Positions 9,679 to 21,501 are shown, counted from the first letter of the stretch. The stretch: 32,241 nucleotides of DNA from Octopus bimaculoides (GCF_001194135.2 NC_068983.1:162172732-162204972), one strand, 5' to 3'. Notes: generated from the sequence alone by a model not told the origin. A program made the numbers and translations.

Positions 9679-10501
9679 AGTAATTAACGGTGGTAACATT
9701 AAAGAAAAGTTTTGTAAAATTCCTGGCAAACTGTTTTCCGAAGGTTCTGGAAGCTTTGACCAAAGTTATAAAAAGTTGGAGTTTTGCGTCTTCCAGCAGA
9801 GCCACTTTACACGCTAAAGGAACTCTATCGTTTTGTACCATGAGATAGGCTCTCACTTCTATTCTTCTTACATAACATACTCTGCATACAATGTTCATAA
9901 AGATAATCAATCTTATGCTGTATTGTCAACATACATACATATATACATATATACATACACCTTTATCTTATTTAGCATTTCTATCGTCCAGGTCTTGTCT
10001 GCTTTTTCATAATTTTTGTACTTATCGTTTCCTCCTTATATAAACAACATGCAACGCTTGACAATCTCACAATGTAAGATCTCACTTTTTTCGTGCAAGT
10101 CTGATGACGTATCACTTCAGCGTAAAAATCCGCAAATACAACGTAACTTTTCACATGAAATATTTACGTACAATGGCGTAAACAATTGTATCTGGTACCG
10201 AAACAATTGTATCTGGTAATTAAAGCTGCTAAACTCTTTCTTCGTCTTCTTATTTGGATTAAACACACATATCTATATACAGGCGAACATCCTTCTATAT
10301 AACTCTCTGTTTTATTCTGTTTTATTCTGTTTAAACTATTTAAACTTTATTCTGTTACATAACACTATTAACTAAAACATTCTCTTTATCTTACGTATTG
10401 TAAAGCTTTAAACATCTTTACAGAAATGCTTCTTTCAATATAATATAAATATGTCTGGCCTGGAACCAAAATTTGAAACCAAAATAGCATAAATATGTGA
10501 A

Positions 10502-10800
10502 AGCACGTGCCCTAGTGGCTTAGGCACATTGCACTTGCGATCATGAGATCGTGGGTTCGATTCCCAGACCAGACGGCACGTTGTGTTCTCAAGCAAAACA
10601 CTTCATTTTCACATTGCTCCGTTCCACTTAACTGTAAATGGGCCACTCTGCGATGGAAGAGCCCTCCGATTATGGGTAGGGGTGGCCTGCACGCCTAACC
10701 AGCGGGGTGGCATCGTTCGAAGCTAAAACGATGCAAAGCACTTTGTGACCAGCAATGTATAATGACATCCGATAGTCTGGTCGACCACATGATCACGTGA
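10502..10800 (+). mobile_element. tRNA-derived SINE with CORE-like domain (family C)
   Basis: A-box-like GCCCTAGTGG and B-box GGTTCGATTCCC, then GTTGTGTTCTCAAGCAAAACACTTCA...CTGTAAATGGG, resembling the CORE-SINE domain (TGTGACCTTGGGCAAGTCACTT...CTGTAAAATGGG). Confidence 0.75.
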
Positions 10801-11039
10801 ATAGAAATATAACTTGAACGTTTGTAATCTATCAAGTGTTTAAAATAATAAATGTATGGAAGCGCAGTATTTATTATGCGGTCATTGTTGTCTAAAATGC
10901 AGCCTCATAGTTTCTTCTTTGATAACCAATGACAGTGCAATGACCAACCCAAAACACTGACCGCTCAACATGGAGTCCAGTACTTTATCGACTCAATCGG
11001 TCAAGAATTCACTGAAGAAGAAAAATGAGAAATTTATAC

Positions 11040-11203
11040 AGGCGCAGGAGTAGCTGTGTGGTAAGTAGCTTGCTTCCCAACCACATGGTTCCGGGTTCAG
11101 TCCCACTGTGTGGAACCTTGGGTAAGTGTCTTCTACTATAGCTTCGGGCCGACCAAAGCCTCGTGAATAGATTTGGTAGACGGAAACTGAAAGAAGCCCG
11201 TCG

Positions 11204-11244
<41 letters not shown>

Positions 11245-11374
11245 ACACCATCGCTTGACGACCGATTTTGGTGAGTTTACGTTCCCGTAACTTAGCGGTT
11301 CGGCAAAAGTGACCGATTGAATAAGTACTAGGCTTACAAAGATTAAGTCCTGAGGTCGATTTGTTCAACTAAAA
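11040..11374 (+). mobile_element. tRNA-derived SINE family B with internal (TA)/(TG) microsatellite; 3' end lost in gap
   Basis: A-box-like TAGCTGTGTGGT, B-box GGTTCAGTCCC, CORE-like ACCTTGGGTAAGTGTCTT; closely similar to 15030-15427. Confidence 0.9.
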
Positions 11375-11642
11375 NNNNNNNNNNNNNNNNNNNNNNNNNN
11401 NNNNNNNNNNNNNNNNNNNNNNNNNNNNNNNNNNNNNNNNNNNNNNNNNNNNNNNNATAAAACTATCATAGATTATTGAACAAAAATCGATTTTAGACGA
11501 TAATTATCAATTTTTTGTGATATTTATAATCGGAGGAAGAGAATTGTAAAACAATCAATTCGGTAAAAGATAGAAACGTAGAACTAGAATATTTGACAGG
11601 CTTTGTTGTTGTTGTTCTTTTTTCATATTGTTGTTGTTGTTT

Positions 11643-11857
11643 AGGCAGCGAGCTGGCCGAATCGTTAGCACACCGGGCAAAATGCTTAGCAGCGTTTCGT
11701 CTGCCGTTACGTTCTGAGTTCAAATTCCGCCGAGGTCGACTTTGCCTTTCATCCTTTCGGGGGTCGATAAAACAAGTACCAGTTGAGTACTGGGGTTCGC
11801 TGTAATCAAGTAGCCCTGTTCCCCGAACTTGCTGGCTGTGTGCCAAAATTTGAAACC
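11643..11857 (+). mobile_element. SINE family A, best-preserved full-length copy
   Basis: AGGCAGCGAGCTGGCCGAATCGTTAGC...GTTCTGAGTTCAAATTCCGCCGAGGTCGACTTTGCCTTTCATCCTTTCGGGGGTCGATAAAACAAGTACC...GCCAAAATTTGAAACC, flanked by (GTT)n on both sides. Confidence 0.92.
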
Positions 11858-12449
11858 ATTATTGTTGTTGTCGTTGGTATTGTGGCTGTTACTGCTGCTG
11901 TTGTTGTTGTTGTTGTTGCCATAACTGGAGTTCAGTATTGCAATTTCAGTTGAAATCTTTCTTCTACTTTCTCGAGGTTAATCCATAAACCCAGTAGATT
12001 TAGATTAGCTAGATTAACAGACATGTCATTGCTATCTGGACATATGATGGCGACATCTGGATTAATTCGACGGCGGTGGTCATTTAACATGAACCAAAAA
12101 CAGCGACATAATAATCTCAGGTATACACCTTGTTTCCCGTGGTTGGCAGTCTTCTTCGTTGATCCTGAGTAATGATGGATGACCGCCCAGTCGTACTCAA
12201 TACTGGAACCGCGAATTAGGCCCCCAAACAACAAACAACAAAGGTTACTCATTGCCATCTCTTAGCTTTTTATTGTTGATCAATTTATAAATTGCATATT
12301 TTCCGTTGAATTTCGTGAATAAAAATTCTCTTTATACTTTGTTTGTGGCCTGAAGTTTGAAGACAACTGGCGACAGGAGTCACTTCCGCTGTATCACTTA
12401 ACAAGATATAATGAAACCAGATGATATGAGCGCAGTTTTACTTTCAATA

Positions 12450-12450
<1 letters not shown>

Positions 12451-12495
<45 letters not shown>
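12451..12495. repeat. (GT)n microsatellite at gap edge
   Basis: Direct reading; gap at 12496-12505. Confidence 0.95.
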
Positions 12496-12729
12496 NNNNN
12501 NNNNNTGTGCGTGCGTATGTGTATGTGTGTCTTGGATATTTGGGAATTGGTCGACCAATTACATTGTAGCTGTTACAATTGTGAATACTTCTGTATCCAG
12601 GTACTTCCAGCCAATAAATGGTTTCTCTTCGTTGAGCATGACCTAGTATTCTTCTACAATGGAATGAATAACTGAATATTGTGTCGATTATTATCAAACC
12701 TTATTCGGACGCAGACTCTTATCCTTATA

Positions 12730-13749
12730 CAGGGGTTGGACAAAATAATGGAAAACAAATTTATTTTAATATGGGATAGGACCGCCTTTGGCAATAATTA
12801 CAGCTTGAATTCTACGAGATATGAACTCGTACAGAGTTTGAATTGTTTCCAAAGGAATTTTTGTCCATTCTTCAGCTAAAACAGACTCCAGTTCTTGTAG
12901 TGATGATGGTGGAGGATATCGACTTCTTACTTGTTTTCCTAAAATACGCCATAATGTTCAATACTATTGAGATCTGGAGACTGTAGTGGCCAGATAAGAT
13001 GTTCAACTTCTCTAGAATGTTCCTCATGCCATTCAGTAACAACTTTAGCTGTGTGAATTGGTGCATTATCATCCTGAAAGATTGCGTTTCCCTCCGGAAT
13101 CAGTTCCACAAACGTAGGATGAATTGGATCAGATAAAATGCTTAAATAGTCTTGACTATTAATTCTACCATGAAGAAAAACCATTGGGCCAACGGATTTC
13201 CAAGATATAGCCCCCCCCCCCAGATCATCACAGATTCTCTTCCATGTTTAATAATTGGAAGAATGCGGACTGGGTCAAATGCTTCTTTTGGCTATCTCTA
13301 CACGTATACTCGGTCGGTGGTCGGAAATAAGGTAAAGGATGACTCGTCCGAAAAAATAACATGCTTCCACTGCTCTAGGGACCAATTCTGTAGGTTTTTA
13401 CTCCACTCTAAACGCTTTACAACGTTTGTTTTTGAAAGTAGTGGTTTTCTGATTGCAGCCCTCCCATGAAATCTGGCTTTGTACAGCTCCTGGTGAACAG
13501 TTTTTGTGGAAACTGGTTTCTCGAGGTAGTCATTAAGCTCTGCAGAAATTTTGGGAGCTCTACTTTTGTGATCCTTTCCAACAATTCGCAACGGTCCCTA
13601 TCTGAAAGTTTTGGTTTTCTTCTGGAGTTTTGTTTCGACGAGGAGGTTTTTCCCTCTTTCTCAAAGGCTGTCGTTACTTTGGAGACAGTACTTCTTGATA
13701 CGCCAAACATTTCGGCTGTTTTCCTTACGCTAGCACCTGCCATACGAAA
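12730..13749 (-). mobile_element. Tc1-like DNA transposon remnant with DD36E spacing (Incomer-type); frameshifted transposase pseudogene, one TIR
   Basis: ORF pieces: 13417-13743 (HTH: MAGASVRKTAEMFGVSRSTVSKV...RKPKLSDRDR), 13298-13591 (RKPLLSKTN..KRLEW...VIFSDESSF) and 12939-13184 (FQDDNAPIH...WPLQSPDLNSIEH). TIR-like end TA|CAGGGGTTGGACAAAATAATGGAAAAC at 12728-12756. The opposite end is missing. Confidence 0.9.
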
Positions 13750-13969
13750 TAGACAAATGTTTCAATGTCTTTTGTATACAGTTCCATCTAGTTTTGGTAT
13801 GAATGCGATCGACTCCCTTAGTTACGCAACATATCTTTCACAGCTACTTCTGACACACCGAGATATACTATTACCTGTATATGGCTGTCGCAGTACTACC
13901 GTAATAGTCTCCACTTCATGAACGCGCAATCTAGATCGCCTGCACCCTTCTCTACCTAATGAACTCGTT

Positions 13970-13984
13970 TATCTCTTCTCCCTC

Positions 13985-14019
<35 letters not shown>

Positions 14020-14098
14020 CTCGCTATTTCTCTCTCATCTTTCCTGTGTCTCATTTTCTATTCTCCACACTAACCACTTTACACTATCACCGCCCACC

Positions 14099-14143
<45 letters not shown>
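13970..14143. repeat. (CT)n-rich microsatellite region before gap 14144-14765
   Basis: Direct reading. Confidence 0.9.
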
Positions 14144-14774
14144 NNNNNNNNNNNNNNNNNNNNNNNNNNNNNNNNNNNNNNNNNNNNNNNNNNNNNNNNN
14201 NNNNNNNNNNNNNNNNNNNNNNNNNNNNNNNNNNNNNNNNNNNNNNNNNNNNNNNNNNNNNNNNNNNNNNNNNNNNNNNNNNNNNNNNNNNNNNNNNNNN
14301 NNNNNNNNNNNNNNNNNNNNNNNNNNNNNNNNNNNNNNNNNNNNNNNNNNNNNNNNNNNNNNNNNNNNNNNNNNNNNNNNNNNNNNNNNNNNNNNNNNNN
14401 NNNNNNNNNNNNNNNNNNNNNNNNNNNNNNNNNNNNNNNNNNNNNNNNNNNNNNNNNNNNNNNNNNNNNNNNNNNNNNNNNNNNNNNNNNNNNNNNNNNN
14501 NNNNNNNNNNNNNNNNNNNNNNNNNNNNNNNNNNNNNNNNNNNNNNNNNNNNNNNNNNNNNNNNNNNNNNNNNNNNNNNNNNNNNNNNNNNNNNNNNNNN
14601 NNNNNNNNNNNNNNNNNNNNNNNNNNNNNNNNNNNNNNNNNNNNNNNNNNNNNNNNNNNNNNNNNNNNNNNNNNNNNNNNNNNNNNNNNNNNNNNNNNNN
14701 NNNNNNNNNNNNNNNNNNNNNNNNNNNNNNNNNNNNNNNNNNNNNNNNNNNNNNNNNNNNNNNNNGTCATCTAA

Positions 14775-14857
14775 CGGCAGCGAGCTGGCAGAACCGTTAG
14801 CGGCGTTTTGTCCGTCCTTACATTCTGAGTTCAAATTCAGCCGCGTCGACTTTACCT
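14775..14857 (+). mobile_element. SINE family A, 5' part only, with internal deletion
   Basis: GGCAGCGAGCTGGCAGAACCGTTAGC|GGCG (deletion between the two TTAGC direct repeats)...TTCTGAGTTCAAATTCAGCCGCGTCGACTTTACCT. Confidence 0.85.
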
Positions 14858-14988
14858 GCAGTTTCGGAGAGGGAGTAAGTCGATATCATGGAGCCCAGTG
14901 TTCAACTGGTACTTATTTTATCGACCCCGAAAGGATGAAAGGCAAAGTCGACCCCGGCGACATTCGAACTCAGAACGAAAAGATGGAC
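14858..14988 (-). mobile_element. SINE family A, body and 3' part, convergent with the preceding copy
   Basis: CTGGTACTTATTTTATCGACCCCGAAAGGATGAAAGGCAAAGTCGACC...GAACTCAGAACG is the reverse complement of the family A core. Confidence 0.9.
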
Positions 14989-15029
14989 TGTGTCGCTAAA
15001 TATACTACAATGTGTTATTAAATGCAATA

Positions 15030-15427
15030 AGGCGCAGGAGTCGCTGTGTGGTAACTAGCTTGCTTACCAACCACATGGTTCCGGGTTCAGTCCCACTGCG
15101 TGGCACTTTGAGCAAGTGTCTTCTACTATAGCCTCGGGCCGACCAAAGCCTTGTGAGTGGATTTGGTAGACGGAAACTGAAAGAAGCTCGTCGTATATAT
15201 GTATATATATATGTGTGTGTGTGTGTTTATGTGTCTGTATTTGTCCCCCCACCATCACTTGACAACCGATGCTAGTGTGTTTACGTCCCCGTAACTTAGC
15301 GGTTCGGCAAAAAGAGACCGATAGAATAAGTACTAGGCTTACAAAGAATAAGTCTTGGGGTCGATTTTCTCGACTAAAAGGCTCCAGCATGGCCTCAGTC
15401 AAATGACTGAAACAAGTAAAAGAGTAA
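15030..15427 (+). mobile_element. tRNA-derived SINE family B, full length
   Basis: Same head and body as 11040-11374, internal (TA)/(TG) tract, 3' end CCAGCATGGCCTCAGTCAAATGACTGAAACAAGTAAAAGAG. Confidence 0.92.
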
Positions 15428-17509
15428 TATAAATCTTAACCCAAGTATTTTTAATCTCTCCGTAGACAGAAAAAAAAACACCGTGTCTGTTCGATCCTAG
15501 TTGGAATATTTTCTCGTATCACACCTTTGTCTAAAATTTAAAAAAGTATAGCTTATAGCAATATCATAACTTCGTTAAATTGATTTTTCCGATTTGCACA
15601 AATAGTGCTTTCACTGCCTACGTAATCTGTGATTTAATTACACCTTGCAGGTTACATTTTGGTGCCTTAATAGTTAGACCCATGCTTTGTATATTTGGTA
15701 CGTTGATTCCTAAATGTCATGAGTTCTTCTCGACCTACTCAGTGAAAAATTTTAAAACATTCCAGAGATTCTCCATTTGAGATTCCTGAACAAACACGTT
15801 CACACAATCATACGCGCGCACGCACACACACACACATACACACTTACATATAAATCGTAATGAAGCCCCCCACCTCACCCCACCCTTGTACAGTGATATA
15901 CAGACAAACAGATCTTATAGTCAATGGCATGCTTTCTTTCCTTCATTCGCCCGTTATGCCTTTTATTTGAGCAGCCTGAGACCCCATTTGTCAGTTATGC
16001 TACGCAGACCTTCATTAAGTGTTTATTATTCACAAATTAACAAATTTACGTAAAGATATAATTTGTTGTGACATGTTTGTATATCTTCGCTGTATGACTG
16101 ATAGCCATTCCAGGTGCTGCTTCGACGATGGAACAATACGTCTCTGTCTTCTAGTTTCACTCCATTCTGCGCCTGTGTAATATCGCTGGTTCTATCTGAC
16201 TAGTCCTTTATGTACAGCAGGATGTATTCCGTTACTTATGGCAAATATATAATTGTCGTAAACCATTAATAAAGACGGCTACTTAGAAATTATTCATAAT
16301 TTTTGTGAATGAGCAAGTGATAAACTTGTGAAAATATGACAAGAAACCAAACGAGAAAGTCATTGAATAACAAACACGACACACTAAGCCATTTCATACT
16401 ACAACTCCATCAAGATTTATTTATTTTTCGCATTAAGCTACGTATGTCAGAGACGTTCTCGAACATCAAATATATATATATATATANNNNNNNNNNNNNN
16501 NNNNNNNNNNNNNNNNNNNNNNNNNNNNNNNNNNNNNNNNNNNNNNNNNNNNNNNNNNNNNNNNNNNNNNNNNNNNNNNNNNNNNNNNNNNNNNNNNNNN
16601 NNNNNNNNNNNNNNNNNNNNNNNNNNNNNNNNNNNNNNNNNNNNNNNNNNNNNNNNNNNNNNNNNNNNNNNNNNNNNNNNNNNNNNNNNNNNNNNNNNNN
16701 NNNNNNNNNNNNNNNNNNNNNNNNNNNNNNNNNNNNNNNNNNNNNNNNNNNNNNNNNNNNNNNNNNNNNNNNNNNNNNNNNNNNNNNNNNNNNNNNNNNN
16801 NNNNNNNNNNNNNNNNNNNNNNNNNNNNNNNNNNNNNNNNNNNNNNNNNNNNNNNNNNNNNNNNNNNNNNNNNNNNNNNNNNNNNNNNNNNNNNNNNNNN
16901 NNNNNNNNNNNNNNNNNNNNNNNNNNNNNNNNNNNNNNNNNNNNNNNNNNNNNNNNNNNNNNNNNNNNNNNNNNNNNNNNNNNNNNNNNNNNNNNNNNNN
17001 NNNNNNNNNNNNNNNNNNNNNNNNNNNNNNNNNNNNNNNNNNNNNNNNNNNNNNNNNNNNNNNNNNNNNNNNNNNNNNNNNNNNNNNNNNNNNNNNNNNN
17101 NNNNNNNNNNNNNNNNNNNNNNNNNNNNNNNNNNNNNNNNNNNNNNNNNNNNNNNNNNNNNNNNNNNNNNNNNNNNNNNNNNNNNNNNNNNNNNNNNNNN
17201 NNNNNNNNNNNNNNNNNNNNNNNNNNNNNNNNNNNNNNNNNNNNNATATATATATATATACACGTGAGTGTGTATTGTATGTTTTTCGTTCTCTAAGAGT
17301 AACAACATTAAATGTTAATTTGGAAACTTAGTTTATCGTGATTAAATAATTAAGCCATAGAAATTGAGCGATTAATTGAAGGGATATAATGAATTAAAGT
17401 TCACTTCCACCAGTGAAATTAATGATAAACAGGACTCAATGTAACAAAAGTTCTTTATAGAGAACAACAATATCGCTGTGTGCATTTGGCGTGAGAGAAC
17501 GAGAGCGTG

Positions 17510-17593
17510 GAGCATGTGTGCGTGTGCGTATAACATGTATATACTCATACATACACATGTATGTATATATGTGTGTGTGCGTGTATGTGTATG

Positions 17594-17689
<96 letters not shown>
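17510..17689. repeat. Compound (TG)/(TA)/(GA) microsatellite
   Basis: Direct reading. Confidence 0.93.
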
Positions 17690-17692
<3 letters not shown>

Positions 17693-17823
17693 TTTGTCTT
17701 GAGTCGACAGGTTCGTTAAGCCAGAATTAATCGCAAATTCTGAAGCATTTAGCAACAGAGTATAGAAGATTCTTCCCTGAACAGGTCACCAGTCGGTAGA
17801 AAGGTCAAACCCCCGGAAGAGCG

Positions 17824-17858
17824 ACTGCTGCTGCTGCTACTGTTGCCACTGTTGCTGT

Positions 17859-17889
<31 letters not shown>

Positions 17890-17922
17890 ACTATTGTCGC
17901 TGCTGCTGCTGCTGCTGCTGCA
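17824..17922. repeat. (CTG)/(GTT) trinucleotide microsatellite
   Basis: Direct reading. Confidence 0.9.
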
Positions 17923-18044
17923 GTTACTCGTTTTCAGCTGAGTGAAGTTAAGCACTCCAGGACACAACGTGTCACCCGGATCGGGAATGGAACACATGAC
18001 TTTACGATCATGCACCGAACACCCTAAACACTAAGCTACATGCA

Positions 18045-18046
<2 letters not shown>
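17921..18046 (-). mobile_element. SINE family C head fragment
   Basis: Reverse complement GCATGTAGCTTAGTGTTTAGGGTGTT...GATCGTAAAGTCATGTGTTCCATTCCCG...GACACGTTGTGTCCTGG parallels the start of 10502-10800. Confidence 0.7.
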
Positions 18047-18099
<53 letters not shown>

Positions 18100-18355
18100 N
18101 NNNNNNNNNNNNNNNNNNNNNNNNNNNNNNNNNNNNNNNNNNNNNNNNNNNNNNNNNNNNNNNNNNNNNNNNNNNNNNNNNNNNNNNNNNNNNNNNNNNN
18201 NNNNNNNNNNNNNNNNNNNNNNNNNNNNNNNNNNNNNNNNNNNNNNNNNNNNNNNNNNNNNNNNNNNNNNNNNNNNNNNNNNNNNNNNNNNNNNNNNNNN
18301 NNNNNNNNNNNNNNNNNNNNNNNNNNNNNNNNNNNNNNNNNNNNNNNNNNNNNNN

Positions 18356-18417
<62 letters not shown>

Positions 18418-18433
18418 GTGTGTGTGTGTGTGT
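18047..18433. repeat. (CA)n - N gap - (GT)n
   Basis: Direct reading; gap at about 18100-18354. Confidence 0.93.
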
Positions 18434-18891
18434 AGTAATGCAATGGGGATCAAATAAATCCTCTAAATTAACTTAGCAGCACCGCCACATATCCTTGACT
18501 GACAGATTACTCCGAAAGAAAATATTCCAGGTGATTCAATTGGTCAGTACAGCGGTCCATACAGAACTAAGCAGTCGCTTACTAGTCTTGGGTATCCCGT
18601 AAATCCGTGTATATACCAAAGATATAACTGGTACATATTACCGGTGTATTATTTACTAAATGAAAACGAATGTATGGCTCTAAGCATCATTACACGCGTT
18701 TCAATAGCCTAGTTAGTTTTGATCAATACAAAGTGAATTGCGTCGCATATTACATAACATTACGTAAAAACGCATTGTTACACAACCACCACACTTCGTC
18801 AGGGGATATTCAACCGTCTTCCGACGAAGTACAGTCAGACTATGGGGATAAACATATTTATAAACAAAACATGAATACGTTTGTATTACAT

Positions 18892-19250
18892 TAGGAAGAA
18901 AACGCTGATGCATTTCAAGCTGAGAAAGAAAGAAATGCATTTTTAGTCTTAATTGACATATTCAATCAATATTACATTTCCTTTCATTATTGATAACATA
19001 AACCTCTTTATTTGACAAATTGTTGATCCCTCGGGCGTACAATTGCTCAAGTTTCAGAGCAAAGAAACACTCGATATCATTTTTAACCTCTTCACAATTA
19101 TTAAACTGTTTTCCCTCTAGATTACTATGATGCGAAAAGATGTTGGTAAGAGTGAGCAAAGCCAGAAGAGTAAGAGAGATGAGACAAACCTTCCATATTT
19201 AGTTCTGTAATCTTTCTTGAGTAACTTAAGCAATTTGTGATCTTGACTAA
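18892..19250 (-). mobile_element. Degraded mariner-type transposase C-terminal fragment
   Basis: Minus-strand remnants TQERLQELNMEGLSHLSYS... and NLEGKQFNNCEEVKNDIECFFALKLEQLYARGINNLSNK resemble the mariner C-terminus (HPPYSPDLAPSDYHLF...GK.F...EV...FF..K...FY..GI..L..RW). Confidence 0.75.
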
Positions 19251-20463
19251 AAAGATCTTAAAATCTTATTTAGCCCAGGGTCAGCTCTCTTCAACCAGAT
19301 AAAAAATATGATACAAAGCTTTCCTTTCTTAATCAGGTATAGTATACCAAGGACTATATTAACCAATGTATCTTTTATTTTTGCTAGAGTTGGCTGTCAT
19401 TTGAGGGTTATTTGGTTGATAATTCTCGTCGGTCGAGAATGTCATTAAACTTGCAATGAAATCGGTCCCTGATTCCGTTCTTTTATTTCCTAGAGTCAAT
19501 ATCTAGAATTTGGGGAGGTTCTGTTAGGATAGATTTCTGTTCAATGCGCAAATCGAAAGCAAACCCTTCAAGCGAAATTATATAAACTAAAAAAGCTAGA
19601 ATCTCAATCAAATCAGAGATAAACGTTCAGGAACGCCGAAACCCTCAAACACCTACGAAACCGCCACTAGCTAACATTTATTAAATTACAGAAAGAAGTG
19701 AATTATGTATTTGTATGGATCTAAAAAAAACACTTTTATGAACTAATTTTTTCTAGTTTCTTTGCACAATTTCTCATATGGCGCCAGATATCTCACTTTT
19801 CATCGGATATAAGACTTTGCTCTGATAAACAGTAGCCCTCAATAATAATATAAACACACCACAATGTTCTTGTGTTATTGGGATGGCGGGGGAGGGATTA
19901 CTATTCTGCGTTGTTGCTGTTGTTGTTTTTTTACTAAAATCAAACCAAACTACAGTGCCAGTTGTTAGAGCTAGTGTACCGTCAGAACTAATAATGAATT
20001 TGTTCATATCAATTGCACAAGTTGATGACATACGGAAATGAATTTTAGAAAGCCCATTATATCTGACAAATAGGATAGTGTCTGCTTGTCGTGTGTGGTA
20101 AAACAATATTTCTACGTCCACATGTTTGTGTGGCTAATATCTCCTTTCATGTGTGATTATGTAGCTATGAGATCCCAACTATGCGTAATAAATCGCAAGG
20201 AATGCCTTAATTAAAATATACAGCATATGTTGTCCTAACATTCCAACTCTTGTAGCTTTCAAACTCTGACTACAAGTTCGGTTGCCCTTTTTTAAACTAT
20301 ATAAATAGTTATGGCCTTCTATATTAAAGTAAAACTGTTTTCCCTTCTATATCAAACTATGTTAATACTTATCCCCTTCTATATTAAACTATATAAGCAA
20401 TACATACATAATATACTATATATAAATAACATATATTAGTATATTCTATGTAAATTATACGGT

Positions 20464-20750
20464 GAAGGCGCATGGACCAGAGCTTAGAGGGCTGCTTTTG
20501 CAATCGTGAGATTATGAGTTCCATTCCCGGACTGCGCGTTGCGTTCTTCAGCAAGACACTTTATTTCAGTGAGTTGCGAGGTCACTGGTGTAAATCTGTA
20601 TCAGTTTTTGCTTTTCCCTTGGACAACATCGGTGGATTGGAAAATGGAGGCATGATATGTATGGGTGACTGCTGGTCTTCTACAAACAACCTTGCCTGGA
20701 CTTGTGCTACAGAGAGGAACTTTCTAGGAAATCGAAGGGGGTCTTTACCC
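20464..20750 (+). mobile_element. Degraded tRNA-derived SINE, family C-like head with a different 3' part
   Basis: GGCGCATGGACCAGAGCTTAGAGGG...GATTATGAGTTCCATTCCCGGAC..CGCGTTGCGTTCTTCAGCAAGACACTTTATTTCA (CORE-like). Confidence 0.6.
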
Positions 20751-20848
20751 TATGTAGATAATATATGAAATCTACTATGTATAGATAATGTATATAGCTA
20801 TATATCACACGCGTATATATATATATATAAAGCTTATGTTGGCCTGAC

Positions 20849-21285
20849 CAGCGGGGGTGGCTAACTTTGACAGTTTGCATAAAAAGGAAAAGAAAACATG
20901 ATATCCAAAATTAATAGTATTTTTAAAAAATCAAAAATTCTCACTTAATATTAATTTCTACTATGACCTCAAGGGGTTCCGGAACCTGGTGCATGCGTTC
21001 CTCGCGGAGTCCCTGGAGAAATCTTCGTATACCGCCTTGATGCTGGCCACCTACACTCTTGGTGCCTTTGTCACCGGCGCCCCACACATTAATCCATATG
21101 ATTACAATCGGGAGATTGGAAGGCCAGAAATTGGCGGTGGGGAAGTCATAGAAACTCTCTGAGAACCACTTCTGGGGTATGGCAAGCAGCTGAATCCTGC
21201 TGCCACACGTATGGCCTTCCAGCAGCTGCTCTCTCCCACCAGGGTTTGACCACAGTCCCCAGCAGCTTCATGTGGTCACCGTTGC
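20849..21285 (-). mobile_element. Degraded maT-like (DD37D) transposon, 3' half with probable TIR
   Basis: Hand translation of the minus strand: KLLGTVVKPWWERAAAGRPYVWQQDSAACHT..QKWFSESFYDF..ANFWPSN.PDCNHMD, homologous to 23490-24024. TIR-like CAGCGGGGGTGGCTAACTTTGAC at 20849. Confidence 0.75.
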
Positions 21286-21501
21286 AAATGTCTGTCACGT
21301 TCTACAGCGTTTTACAATGTTCACCCGGCGAGAATTATCATGAAGCAGGTAACTCTTTTCCAGTCCTCCTTGTTAGGTAACTTTTCTTAACTATAACTTT
21401 AATATTTATGCTCTCCAACGCCATTGACTGTTCACCAATACATCAGGCTGTTTCTGTCAATAAGAAGGCATAACATTCCTCAAATTTAGGTCGAAAACCC
21501 T

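Noticed and set aside
9677-9910. 77-aa minus-strand ORF, and a short overlapping plus-strand frame, as an exon
   Set aside because: No recognisable domain and no convincing splice-site pair.
10180-10218. Short tandem duplications (AAACAATTGTATCTGGTA x2 here; ACATGAATA x3 at ~31301-31328)
   Set aside because: Ordinary local slippage with no supporting context.
10502-15130. Functional tRNA genes at the A/B-box motifs
   Set aside because: Each continues into a SINE body and lacks a complete cloverleaf; these are SINE heads.
18506-18715. ~70-codon open frame after a CAG (ITPKENIPGDSIGQYSGP...)
   Set aside because: The polypyrimidine tract is weak, no homology is recognised, and the length is within chance expectation.
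21300-21480. Mariner fragment (minus-strand YLLHDNSR) adjoining the maT remnant
   Set aside because: Only one short motif is convincing, which is insufficient to call a feature or a chimera.
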